Part shown: positions 16,139 through 31,660 of the stretch, one piece after another
Layout: each line of letters opens with the position of its first letter
How positions within the stretch are numbered: the stretch's first letter is position 1
NCBI RefSeq assembly: GCF_009914755.1
Contig: NC_060939.1
Strand: one strand, 5' to 3'
From: the human T2T-CHM13v2.0 reference genome, Homo sapiens
Length of the DNA stretch: 64,000 bases
Program-made: the position numbers and the translations under genes
Notes under the pieces: model-generated
The model's input: the letters and a program-made list of their open reading frames with translations, nothing else
What the model was told of the DNA's origin: nothing
Databases searched by the model: none

Positions 16139-16584
16139 AGCTAATATCGTATCTTATCTAACGCTTTTTCTTCTTTTTATTTACAATGACATCCCACTTC
16201 TACACTTAGACTTAGGAAGTCTTCCTCCCATAATTAACAAGGCAAAACTAAGAAGACCAGAGCCCAGGGAGACAATCCAGCCCTGCTAGCCATTTGTTCT
16301 TGCAGGGAAACAACTATTCTTTTGATGGCTTCCCAGGCCAAGAACCAAGGGATAGAAGTAAAAGCCAAAGGTCACCTCAAAGTTAGGAGTCTGATAGAGC
16401 TCTTAACCCCACATTATGCCATGATAAAGTCCCTGGGGTGAGAGTGAGCCACAGGTAAACTGGACTCCCTGCCCCCAAACCAGCACTGCAGTTCAGTTGC
16501 TTTGGTGCCCAGCAGTGAAGGGAGGGAAGAAAAGTAAAGGGGTAAAATCTATTTCTAAAGGTAGTGAACTAACATCAGCCCTTA

Positions 16585-17232
16585 GGAGGCAGGAAAATAG
16601 GTCCGGAGGCAGGGAACCTAAGGCCATTTCATGCTGAATTCCTAGAACTAAGTTGACAGGAAAACCCTACCTTTCCACACCTAAGTAACAAAAGGACCAG
16701 AGACTACTCCCTTTGCAAAAGCCCACCTTTTCTGCAGGGCAGATGGGAAATTGAAAGTTCCTCTGATTGGTTGAATTTGCAACCAGTAAGACGTTTGCAT
16801 AGGAGTGTAACTTTGTAACTTCATTTCAGCCTCTGATTGCAGGCCAAGCCTTCATTTGCATAGAAGCGCAACTTAATAACTTCAGTTTAGCCTCTGATTG
16901 GTTGCTTTCCACAACCAATCAGACGTTTGCATAGGATTGTGACCTTTGAAACTTCACCTTTGTAACTTCACTTAAAGTGCAGGCCACCACTTCATTTATA
17001 GTAGTTGAACACCAAGTGGCCAATGGGAAACCTCTAGGGGGTATTTGGACCTGAAAAGATTCTGTAACTGGGGCCCTTGCAGCACTGCTCAGGCTGCTCC
17101 CACACTGTGGAGTGTACTCCATTTTCAATAAATCTCTGCTTTTGTTGCTTCGTTCTTTCTTTGCTTTTTTTATGCGTTTTGTCCATTTCTTTGTTCAAAC
17201 ACCAAGAACCTGGACACCCTTCACCGGTAACA
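16585..17232 (+). mobile_element. MER51(A)-type ERV1 solo LTR
   Basis: gaggcaggaaaataggtccggaggcagggaacctaaggcc start, ctgattggttg repeats, AATAAA at 17127, ...ccggtaaca end; near-TSD ctta/ctaa. Confidence 0.85.
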
Positions 17233-17597
17233 CTAACACAGAATCATCGCCCAAATTCTCAACATCAGGGTAGTCTGAATGCCTCATTCGCTCTCTCTTC
17301 CTCTCATATTGAGCCATTGAAGCTTAATCTGAAAGTACCTATGCACCCAAGGAAAATACAGGGACAAAAATGAACGATGGAAAAAATATATGGCATCTTT
17401 AGAACAAAAATCAATTTAAATCAAAACCATGTAATATTAACACAGGGAAGAAAGGAGAGTGAGTAGAAAACTCTTTAGGTTTTTGGCTTGCTGCTTTTAA
17501 AATTCACATTCTAATAGTGTATTGTTTCAGTTATTAGAATGATATATAATAAAAATTCTCCATTCCTCTGATATCTGATTAAATTACTTCACTTCCT

Positions 17598-17599
<2 letters not shown>

Positions 17600-17628
<29 letters not shown>
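17600..17628 (+). repeat. Poly(T)29 tract
   Basis: Read directly. Confidence 0.95.
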
Positions 17629-17631
<3 letters not shown>

Positions 17632-18024
17632 ATTTGGGCTTTTGTTGGCAGGAGGTATTGTGACATTCTTGGTGAAAATTTTACTGCTTGGAATCCAGTG
17701 ATTGTGAAAACATTAAGAAGCACCAATGTTTTCATAATGTCACAGTCAAAACAATTCTCAGGCGATGAGTTCTACCACCAAGCAGGCAGCCTCTGCATCC
17801 ATGGCCTCAGGAAGCTGGAAACCTCCTTCAGGAAGTTTGAAATATCCTTCTTCACCTCCACTTTACAGAACAATGTCAGCCTCCCTGTTAGAAAGCAGGT
17901 GGTAAGTGAGATAACGGGATAGCTGTCAAATAAAGTGAGGCATTTTGGACCTTGAAGGGGCCTTAGAAATCAATTTTCTGTAAAAGCTTAAGCAAGTCCT
18001 TTTGTAGGACGCATGTGGTGGCTA

Positions 18025-18423
<399 letters not shown>

Positions 18424-19004
18424 GGAAGTAGTGGCATTGCCTGAAGACTTTGGTCCAAGCCACGGACAAGTTTTCAGGTAGTTCTCAAGCTCCGGAATCC
18501 CCTTATCACTGTTGCTGCAAGTTGAAGCAGAGCCCTGTGCACCTAGCAGGAGGGACAATGATCAAGGAGATAAGCCTCCCCCAGGGAAGGCACAGCTAGG
18601 GCAAGTGGTTTGCATAGCAGTGGTTGAAGAAGCAGAAGAGCATCCCAAGATTCTTTAAAGTTCAGGTGTACACAGATCTAGAAGTAGCATATATGGAACA
18701 AAATAGATAACAGTTATATAGCTGGTAAAGGCTTGGTAAATGAAATGAAATTTGAACTATCTCAGATAAAAAGACCGAAAACTGGTTTTAGCATGCAGGT
18801 ACAAGGGAGAGCCCATTCTCAAACAGGCCACTGTGGCACGTGGCAGTGGGTAATGTGTTAAAGAGAATGCACGAATGAATCGGAACCAGAATGATTCAAA
18901 AGGATGGGAAACCAAAAGGCCCGAGAGAGAGAGCCATTTCCCTTAGCCACACCTAGTTAAACTTGCCCACAGTTCCCTAGTGAAGTTCTTAGCTGGTAAC
19001 ATCA

Positions 19005-19355
<351 letters not shown>

Positions 19356-19685
19356 TTATCCTCAGTTGACCTCTTAAGGAATGGTACAGAGTTCTCTTAG
19401 AATAAAATGGGTTCATATATGCTCTTCCTCTAGTTGTCCTTTGTTAAGGAGGCCCTAGGGTACTGTGAGAACCGTACCTCTTCTGAACTAGTAGAACCCA
19501 AATAACAGGCAGAGCCATTGCTGGCCAGTGGGGCAGACCAGTTAAGCACATCCTTCCCCAAACTATGCTTATTCTTTCCTGAGTGTCTACGCTGGGCACT
19601 TTCACCCCTCTGGGCTTCAGAGTCCTCATTTATGTAACAAATGGGTTGGGCAACATTATTATTTTAGTCCCTTTTAGCATCTTGA

Positions 19686-20218
19686 TTATACTAGTTTTCT
19701 ATTGCTTCTATAACAAATTCTCACAAATGTGGTGACTTAAAGCAACACAAATTTGTTCTCTTTCAGTTCTGTAGGTCAGAAATCTGAAATGGGTCTTGCT
19801 GTGCTCATATTAACTTGTGGGCAGGGCTGTGTTCCTTCTCTGGGGGAGAATAGGTTTCCTTGCCTTTTTCAGCAGAAGCTGGAAAATGAGAGGCTGCTCA
19901 TTTCCTTGGCTCTTCTTCCTTCTTCCAGCAATGCCAGGGTAAGCCCTTCTCCCAGCAATGCCAGGGTGAGCCCTTCTCCCACTTGTCATCGCTCTGCTTC
20001 TCTCTCTCTCGAGGTTTTTTCCAATTCTGTGGACTCTTGCAATTCCACTGGGGCCACCCAAATAATCCATGAGAATTTCCCTATCGTAAAGTCCGCTGAT
20101 TAGCAACCTTAATTCCATCTGCCACCTTAATTCCTCTTGCCATTTAACCTAACACATTAACAGATTCTGGAGATTAGTACACAGACATCTTTAGGGGGCC
20201 ATCATTCTACTTGCCACA
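19686..20218 (-). mobile_element. MLT1 (D-type) MaLR solo LTR
   Basis: tagttttctattgcttctataacaaatt...gtgacttaaagcaacac...gattagcaaccttaattccatctgc...ggggccatcattctacttgccaca. Confidence 0.8.
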
Positions 20219-20515
20219 TCAGTAACACCAACCTCTTTTTCTATAATAATCAGCTTTCACTCCTATCACTAACCTTAACTTCCCTAGGGCCCAAAGGGTG
20301 AGTGTCATTTAAATAAAGAAGGAACAAATTGGCTTATGAACCACCTGCTATTGAGAAGGCAAAAAAGAAGACACTGACATGTATTGAGCATCTAATATAT
20401 ATCAGCTACTGTGTTACATGCTTCATCTACAGAAACTACCTGTTACACACAGAACCCTGCAAGACAATCATTGGGACCACCATTTTTAGGAGAAAACTAA
20501 GATTCAGACAGTTTA

Positions 20516-20770
<255 letters not shown>

Positions 20771-21199
20771 TTAGTCCTCTGACAGTCCCTTGGTCTATGT
20801 GTTCAGGATGGCTTTCCAAAATGCAAATATAAGAACAATGTAGCTGAATATACTCAATTCAAAAAGGTTGTCCTTTATTTGGAGTTTTTTTCCTTCCTAG
20901 TTTTTTTTGGTTTCAAAGCTATTTTTAGTTTAAGGAATGCTGGGGGTGGAAAAAGAAGATTGTTGGAGTCATACCGACCCAGACTTGAATATCAGCACTG
21001 CTGCTTCCTGCCTGTGTAACAGCAGAGGCTGGAGCCTCTGTTTGCTTATCTATAAAACGAGGATAATGAGGCCTATCTCATAAAGCTGTTTTGAAGATTG
21101 AGATAATGTGCAGTGCCTGACAGGGTGCCTAATCCACTGTTGATGTTCATTCTCTCACTCCACCGTCTTTGCAACGCCCACCAATCACTTGGCTCCGTC

Positions 21200-21830
21200 C
21201 ATCGCTTGCATGTAAATGAATCCTGCATCCACATTGTCAGGCCTTTCCTCTTCCTGGTCCTGGCCTTCTAAGCACCTCCACCCCCATGCCTTGCCAGTGT
21301 CTCAGGCTCAGCATATCCAAAGCTGAACCCTCCCACCCCAAAACCTTCTTTCACTCCTGTTTCCTTTGTTTCTGTTGATGACACACCCATTGGCCCTGTC
21401 ACCCAAGCCAGTAAACTTGAGAGTCGTTTTTGATTCCCTTTTCCTGTACAACTGATGGGCTAACATAGCCAACAGTCTCACCCTCCCAATTCTCACCGCC
21501 ACTCTCCCACGCTGGTTCTTAGATCCCACACAGGGACCACACTCACTCCCAATGCCTTCACCTCCAGCCTCTCTGCCCTGGATTGCTTTTTGGGAGGTAA
21601 CATCACATCCCTGTCCAGAAGGCTTTAGTCATTTCCAAAGGCCTCGAAGATCACATCCAGACTCCTTAGCCTAGTTCTCAAAACCCTCTGCAACCTCACA
21701 CCACCGTTCCTGTTTTACCATCTTTCTCCTACCATCCTGTGATACACTCTAAACTCCAGCCAAATTATCAAAGACCCACTTTCTGCCTTCATCTCCCCCA
21801 ACGAGGTCTAGCCCCATGCTTTTGCATATG
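21200..21830 (+). mobile_element. L2 fragment
   Basis: cagcatatccaaagctgaac, cacccaagccagtaaacttgagagtc, atccagactccttagcc. Confidence 0.6.
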
Positions 21831-21864
21831 CTCTTTTTTTTTCCACCAGATTTCCTGATGTCTA

Positions 21865-22206
21865 TTTTTTAATGGGGTACATGTGATATTTCAGTACACA
21901 TAAACGACGTGTAATGATCAAACCATGGTAACTGAGATATCTATCACATCAAATATTTATCACTTCTTTGTGTTGGGAACATTCAAAAATCCTCTCTTCT
22001 ATCAATTTTGAAGTACACAATAAATTGCTGTTAACTGCAGCCCGCCCCACAGAGCGTGGGAATTTATTCCTCATATCTAACTGTAATTTTATACCCATTA
22101 ACCAACCTCTCCCTGTCTCCCCTCCTCCATACTCTTCTCAGTCTCTGGCAACTACTATTCTACTCTCTATTTCTATAAGTTTAGCTTTTTTAGTGCCCAC
22201 ATATGA
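21865..22206 (-). mobile_element. L1MA-type 3' end
   Basis: ggggtacatgtgatattt...tgtaatgatcaaa...tttgtgttgggaacattcaaaaatcctctcttct...cccacatatga. Confidence 0.8.
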
Positions 22207-23696
22207 AAAATTGCCTAATATCTTGATGAGACATCCCCAGGAGGATCCCCTCCCGAAGCCCTAACACTCTCCAAGCAAATGCCAGCTTGTTAGAGCTCAA
22301 ATGAGCCAAGATTCTGCTCTTTTTAGTAGTCATGTAGTCATGTCTATAGGTCTTAAATATAAAGCTGGCTAAGTATGATACATTACTTCAAATTTAGTCC
22401 TCAATGCTTTGTTTGAAATATAAGTAGGTAAGTTGGCTTTCAGTTATATATTCAGAAAGAACAGGTGCATCACTTATATCCTGGCAACCAAGCTTCACCA
22501 TACCTGGCCCGTGTCAATAAGAGTTAGGACTGAACCCACTTACTCTGTAAATCAGGGGGCCCAGTGGTTCTCCCTCTGGGACAGCCTGAGGCTACAGCCT
22601 GAGGCACACCACTCCTCTGGCACCCACCAAGATCCAATAGGGAAGGTATCACCTCTCCTCTGACTGGATGAGAAAGAGCTGGTTTGCTAGGGGACAGGGG
22701 CTGTGGGAACACCCCAAAATCCTTTTTCTTCCCCATCAGACCTGGGGAGACAGAAGGCAGCATCAAGCTTTTCTTATATCCACACCTCCACCTTGTGAAT
22801 CTGCATTCTCTCAAGGGACCCACTGGTGTACAGGGAAAAGAGCAACTCCTAGCTCTACTCCTGAACCTAGAAAGTGAGTCCTTAATGGAATCACTAATCC
22901 TTCCCTTTCTCCCATTTCCACATGCTCACGGGCTCCACCTCTATCACGTGCCAGTGCTAAAGCCACACAGTGCTGGAGGCCTCTCCAGTGCCATCTCTGA
23001 GCTGGCTCTCCTGCTGTGAATTTCCACTGCCCTCCATCAGGGTCGTTTCTAGTCGTGATGCTGCGTTAGAATGATCCATGGAGCTCTGCAAGTGCTGAAA
23101 TTCCCACCCCTGCCAGGCCCAACCATAACCTCCAGGGGATTGGGCCAGGTGTCTGTACTCTGTATCATTGGAGCACCCTTATTTGTAGTTTGGCATGGAG
23201 AGAATGGGCCCACAACAGTGTCCTGAATTACAATATTAATGCCCACATGAGTGTAAAATTTAGTCACTCTCCCTTCGGAACGGCCCCTCCTCCAACACAT
23301 ACCACATGTCTGGGAATCCCCCGCATGCCCATCATTTCCAAAGCTTACCCTTTCCCAGAGCTGCCCCACGGGATGCACAAAGGCCCCTGGTGAGTGTGGT
23401 GGACAGTCAGCTCAGTGCCCTGCCAGCTTGAAGAAGCCCAACATCCTCTTCACGTGGCTCTCCCTGTATCCCTCATGGGAGGGGGCATCATTCACGGTTT
23501 TTATAATGCCTTCCACATTTGCAAATAAAATGAATTCCGCTCCACCTTAAGAACTAAGTCAAAAGAAAGAAATCAATTTTTGAAGCCAAATTCAATGAAC
23601 TAAATTCGTAATTTAAAATAAAACCTTTTAGATTCTTTCACTATATTTCCCCCTCTAGTTACTTTTTATTACTACATTTCAAATTCCTACTTCTGA

Positions 23697-24018
<322 letters not shown>

Positions 24019-25040
24019 CATTTTTTAAAAATATATATACTTCTATTAAATGCCAAGAATGATGGATCCAAACCAACACCAAAGATAAATGCACGTTATC
24101 CTGTTCCTGGAGGAAATCGGCTACACACATTGTTTACTTCAAACCCCAGCACTTGATTCAGTTCAAGTGCCACTATTTTTGCTAATTTAAATTATCTTGC
24201 AAAAAATTAAAACATTCTGAGATCCTTTGCTACTTGCTTTAAATATTATTCATATATTGTCCAAAAAATTCTTGATTTTCTTTGTGTGCCTTTTCTGAAT
24301 AAATAGTTTTCCCTCTTTCTACAAGGTGACTACATTTTGTCTTGAGATCAAAATATTTCCAAAGAAACATATGGCCAATGTCATGGAAAAGCCCTCCCCA
24401 TATGTCAGCGTTTGATTTACATGCCACATATCTACCTTCGGGGGGTGGATATGTAGATGAGAAATAGTCACGGTGGCGGTTCCCCGGTTCATCTTTCCCT
24501 TGAAGCATCCTAAACTCTGGGGAAGAGAAAAACAAGTGTTTTAGAACTCTGGATAAGCATCAGCAGGACATTTCTGGGGACCCACTTTGTAGTTCAGGTG
24601 CAGAATGGTCAGGTTGGTATCGCCAAAACAGGGACAAGCTGCCCATAAACATCATGGGCGGCCAGGCTGAACTGCAAAGTCATCTAGGAGAAAAAAGAAC
24701 TAAAATCTTTCAAGCTCCTATGATGCTCTGGGCACAGTGTTCGTCCTACTTATCCCAGTAACATTAAGAGAGAAGCAGGAGACTTTGTTGTCGCCAAGGA
24801 TATATTGTGAAAAATCTCTAAAAATACATTTCAAACTTGCAGCTTACCAAAAAATTGTTACCAAAGGCTGTGAGAAATGAAGACCCTTACCACTGCCCTA
24901 CACCCATCATCAGCATTATTTCCTAAAGTGTGGCTGAGGCCGAGGGATGTGATGAAGTTCATTGAAGAAATGATGAGCAAACAGGAGTTAAAAAAAAAAA
25001 TGGCAGGTAAAAGTGAGGGAAGGGCTGGAAGCTAGGGATG

Positions 25041-25881
<841 letters not shown>

Positions 25882-27001
25882 GAAAGGGTGAGGGAGCAGG
25901 AATAGTTTGGTAGCAGGGAATTTTGTTGTGTGCATAACTTGGCAATAAAAACACGACTTTTACATTCTAACACAGTTGCTTCCAAACAGCCAGTCAGACC
26001 CTTTAGACCCATTTATGATCACTTTCAACTCCAACAATCTATGACTCAGTATTCAAGCAGTCTTGCAACTCACTTTATGTTTGGGTGCTCAAAGCCAATA
26101 AGCAATTGTATCAACCTTATTAAGAAGGTCTTACAGGTCATGAGCCTGTAGGGAGGCCCAGACTAAGTTCACTGTCCTCAGACTGACCTCCCAGATTTCA
26201 TTGACTGTTGCAGTTAAACAGAATGTGTTGAACAATTTGCACATTTGACCCATGTATTAAATTCATATAATTTTGTAGCAAGAGATGGCTTTGTCCCTGC
26301 AAAGGCTCTCTCACTCCATCTCAGATAAAAATAAGCAAAGCTGCTTTTAGAAGCTTTGTATACTTTTTCCCCTTCTGACAGCCTTCAAGTGGCAGCATAT
26401 GATTTGGTCCCTGAGACATACAAAGTGTTTTAATTAAAGGTTGTCTAAAAATACAGAACGTTTCCACAACCACATCTGCCATTAACTCTTCTGGCATCCT
26501 GGTGGCATTAAGTCCTAGAAAATTCTTACATATTAAAAAGAACCCAAGTATGCCTCTGCTGTCTGTTTGCTCCGACAAAACCAAACAGCATGTTTGTCGT
26601 TGGTGACCACAATAATTACAGGCACTGTGGGGCCTGCTACAATTTGTTCTTACAACTTGAGAACCAAGCGTAGAGATTTTGTGGCATTTTGCTGAATGGC
26701 TTTATTTAAACATTCTGTGTGGAGGAGTAATGGCTTAAGTGTCCACTAGACCAATCCAGGGTACCAGCTTTCTGTGACTTTGGACAAGTCCATTAATTCT
26801 GGTGGGCCCCAGTTTTTGTTTTTAATCTATCATTGCCATTGAACAATGACAACATGCCAAGGGCCATGTAAAGTGCTTTACATCGATGATAGCACCTAAT
26901 CCTGTCTCATCCTCATGAGACAGGTCCCACTATGCCCATTTTATAAGTGTTCTTCATCTTGATTGTTTATGCCTTACCTGATGTTGAAGAAAGGCTTTCC
27001 A

Positions 27002-27118
27002 GCAGGGTTCAGTGGCTCAAGCCTGTAATCCCAACAATTTGAGAGGCCGAGGCAGGAAGATCGCTTGAGCCCAGGTGTTCGAGACCAGCCTGGGCATCAT
27101 AGTGAGACCTCATCTCTA
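27002..27118 (+). mobile_element. FLAM_C monomer
   Basis: gatcgcttgagcccagg...catagtgagacctcatctcta; TSD aaggctttcc ending at 27000 and near 27457. Confidence 0.85.
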
Positions 27119-27119
27119 G

Positions 27120-27458
<339 letters not shown>

Positions 27459-27469
27459 TGAAAAGCAAT

Positions 27470-27700
27470 GGAGGGTAGTGTAAACAGCATATATATTGGA
27501 GAGAGAGCACCTAGGTTCAAATGCTGGCTCTGCAATTTACTATACAGCTGAGTGATCTTGAGCTAACTACTTAACATCTCTGTGCCTCAGTTTTTCCCAT
27601 CAATAAAATTTGAGTCTCAAATTTAACAAGACTTATAGTCTTGTTAACATGAATTAAAAAAGTTGAAGAGCTTAGAACAGTGCTTGGTACATAATAGTTT
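27470..27700 (+). mobile_element. MIR
   Basis: cctaggttcaaatgctggctctgc...cttaacatctctgtgcctcagtt...cttagaacagtgcttggtacata. Confidence 0.75.
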
Positions 27701-29478
27701 GCCCCAAGAACAGTAAATCCGGAATGACCTTGAACCAGTCCTTCACTGCACCAAAGAGGTAGACTAGGGAATTCGATCCTTGATTAGTCAAGGGAGAGGA
27801 AAAATACGCTTTCAGGAATGACCTCTGTGCACAGCCACCTCTAGAGACACCAACCTGAGCCAGAAAGAGAAGAGCCTTAAGGCTTTCCTGCATGCCAGGT
27901 TATCTGGGAGATAAGGCGGAGCCTGCAGCAGTGTCTGTCTTCACTTGGCAACAGGGCCATGAATGGCAGCAAGGCCCTGTCAGATGCACCTCAACAAGGG
28001 CCACCTGCACTGTAGGACAGATGTCATGACATTTCATGCAGAATTCCAGCTGCTGGTGCCCATTAGGCCCATTATGAGACTCCCTTCCTCATTCCCTGTA
28101 ATCTCTACAACAACCTTGTAATCGATCAACACCCAGAAGCCTGAATCCAACTTTGGCTACAGGCTTGCTTTGGCCCACAAATGCACAGCAGCAATACATG
28201 AATAAAATCTTTGTTCTTTCCTTCCTTCTTTACCCCAGATATTCTTCCCAACAAATGAGATGCTGCCATAAATATTCCCAAGACTGCTGTGGGTAGTATA
28301 GGAGACCTGGTCTTTAAGATAATAGGCTGAATGTTTCCCTAAACAGGAACCCACTTTATATATCTTTGCAAAGGTAACAAAAGATAAACATTTCATTCAC
28401 TGGAACCTGAGGAGTGGAGTAAAAAATGTAAATTACTGAGAGAAGAGCACTTCAAATGGGAGAGAAAAACTACATTTCAGAAGGGGCTTTTGGCAGCTGG
28501 AGGTCATGAATAGCACGTATATCTGCATTGAACAGAGGACTGTTCAGGGAAGTAAATGGGATGAGAGCAAGAGTAGAGATAGGATCTCAAGGAAAATCTC
28601 ACTCCTATTGAGCTGAGCATTGTGTTATGGGAACAGCTGCAGTCCACATGAAGGACACTTAGAGAAGGAGACATGGAAAAGAGAATTTCTAAGAAGTGTT
28701 GCCATGCACTAAGAATCTCCCCCTCCTTCCTCCAAACCACCCCTTGGAGACTTTTCGAGAGACTAAGTAAAAACTGGAGGTGTTTTTAATTATCTTTTTC
28801 TGAGGGACTTTTAATTCTTTTTATTGATACTATACAAAGTTGGGGCCACATGGGGCCCCAGTTATAGTTAGGTTATATATACAAAACTCACTAACTCAAT
28901 AGAATCTCAATCCTGGGATTCCATAGTTCTAAGAACACAATATCTGGGCGAATATTACCTAAGCAGTAGTGTTTGTGCCAAGCCCCCATAAGAAAATGTG
29001 CCTTTTCATCTTGTGGGGCCCTGCAACCTATGTGAGGGACAGCACAGAAGGCAGATCGCTAGGGGTAGAAGAATGGGACTTGCAAGACTCTCACGGAGAC
29101 CTACACTTATCAGGAAGTTATGGGGTTCCAACAAATCCCTGTGGATTCAAAACCAGTGAGCTCTCTCTGGTTACCTTTGTTATAAATCTCCTATACTCCT
29201 AGGCCAGGAAAAGAGGACTACTCATTAGAATTCTTTAGCCATAACACAATGTCACTCATAAGACATAAGAGCACACCATTAGTGTAAAAATAACTGGAAG
29301 GAGCTGAGCCAGGGACCACGTATTCTTCTATCACAAGAATGAGCTATCTCTCTTCTCCATCAAAACAAACATTTTCTCCACTTTCTCCTCTTCCCTTTAC
29401 TCTCAAATCCTAGAGATGTTTGTGAGCCCGTCATTCCGACACTGATGACTCATGTCAATAAACACCACAGACATTACC

Positions 29479-29783
<305 letters not shown>

Positions 29784-29799
29784 TCACAGATATTATTGA

Positions 29800-31660
29800 G
29801 CCCTCATCAGAAAAAGCTTCTCATCAGCCTTCAGTGCCAGTGACACCCCCTCATCTTAAACAGTCATCCCTCCCCCTTGGCTTCCATGGTGTGGCACTGC
29901 CTTAAGTAGTTGCCCTAATCCTAATCCTCTGGCTGGGCCTTTCCTACCACATTGCAGGCTCCCATTCCTCTACATACCCATTTTATTTTCCTTCAAGGAC
30001 TCCATCCTAAGCTTTCATTTTATTACCCTGTGTCTCTTCCCTGGGCAGTCTCAATGCACACGGCTCCATTACCATCCAAAATGTCAGAGCACTTAGAACT
30101 CAAAAGTGCCCTAATTGTACACTTTAAATCTCCACTTGAGCATCTCCAAGAGGATTCATATTCAGTGTGTCTAAAACTGAACATGTTATCAACCCTTCAC
30201 ACTTGGTTCTCTGCCAATATTCCTCCCCTCAGTAAATACCAAAAATAATAATAATGATAACAAATATACACTCTCTGTTTACCATATGCCAAGCACCTAC
30301 ACATATTACACGTGACTTCTATAAGTCTCTTACTTTGTGCAGAAACTCTGAGGGGTCGCACTTTATTCGCTTTATATTACAAATAAAGAAATGACAAGAG
30401 GTCAGGTGATTTTCCTGAGGCACTCTGTTAGTAAGCAGTGGATTCACAGTCTGCATAGTTGTTGATATGGTTTGGCTGTGTCCCCATCCCAATCTCATCT
30501 TGAATTGTAGCTCCCATAATTCCTATGTGTTGTGGGAGGGATCCAGTTGGAGGTAATTGAATCATGGGGGCAGGCCTTTCCTGTGCTATTATCGTGATAA
30601 TGAATAAGTCTCATGAGATCTGATGGTATAAAGGCGAGTTTCTGTGCACATGCTCTCTCTGGCCTGCCACCATGTAAGATGTCCCTTTGCTCTTCCTTCC
30701 TCTTCTGCCATGATTATGAGGCCTCCCCAGCCATGTGGAACTCTGAGTCCATTAAACCTCTTTTTCTTTACAAATTACCCAGTCTCAGGTATGTCTTTAT
30801 TAGCAGCGTGAAGACAGACTAATACAGTTGTCAAGCCAGAAACCAGGGAGGCATCATTGACACTTGCCCTTGCTAACACCCTAATTCCTCACCAAGTTCT
30901 GTTTATTTTTGCTTCCAAATAGATGTTGATTCTCTCTGTTCTCTCAATCTGTGTGGCTACCTCCCTATTTCAGCTTCCAGTGCTTCTTGCTGAGATGCCT
31001 GCAATGGCCTATCCATCTTCCTATATTCCCTCTTGTCTATGTCTAACACATGGGAGGCACAATGACTCTTTCAAAATGTGAATCTGATCACTTATGCCCT
31101 TAATGTCTTCCCCCTTGCTTATTAAATAAAAACAAACTCCTAATGATAAGCCACACAGATTCTGAGGGTCTGCTGCCATCCCCCTCCAACTCTCCAGCAT
31201 GACATGTAAACACTGTCTTTCTTTCTTGTTCTCTAGGCTGCAGCCACACTGTTCTTTCAGTTCCATGATTGAAATCTTCTTTGCTTCTTGCAATCCTTCT
31301 TCTTCTTCTACCCCTGCTCTTCCCTCTGCCTAGAATGTTCTTTACCAGCTCTCTACCTAGTTAACACCTACCTGTTCTTCAGACCTCAGACCAAATTCAT
31401 TTTTTCAGCAAAGTTCCTTTGCCCCCAAATGGTGTGTGTGTTCTTTTCTTCATGGTGCTAATCTCATTTAATAATTTTACAAGCATTGTTTCACTATTGG
31501 ATTGCTCTCTGTCTCCCTCACTGGTTAGAAGTGCCTTGAAGCCACCAACCATGTCTGTTTTGTTTACCACTGCATCCTCCTTTAACCAGCACGAGACCTG
31601 GAGAATAACTGGCACCCATTGATGTCTGTTGGATGGATAGATGGATGGATGGATAGATAT
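29800..31660 (+). mobile_element. L2 remnants interrupted by MIR and THE1
   Basis: L2 3' motifs tttcaaaatgtgaatctgatca and ccctctgcctagaatgttct; (TGGA)n-like tail at 31629-31656. Confidence 0.65.
30463..30826 (+). mobile_element. THE1B/C solo LTR
   Basis: tgatatggtttggctgtgtcccc...gactaataca, 364 bp, perfect 5-bp TSD GTTGT. Confidence 0.93.

Noticed and set aside
24436-24516. Minus-strand frame SLGCFKGKMNRG resembling the natriuretic-peptide motif GCFGxKxDRI
   Set aside because: No second cysteine, no DRI and no precursor context; likely coincidence
24931-25035. Helical-looking frame WLRPRDVMKFIEEMMSKQELKKKMAG with a CAG|GTAAAA donor
   Set aside because: Short, depends on an A-run, has no clear acceptor and no recognisable homology
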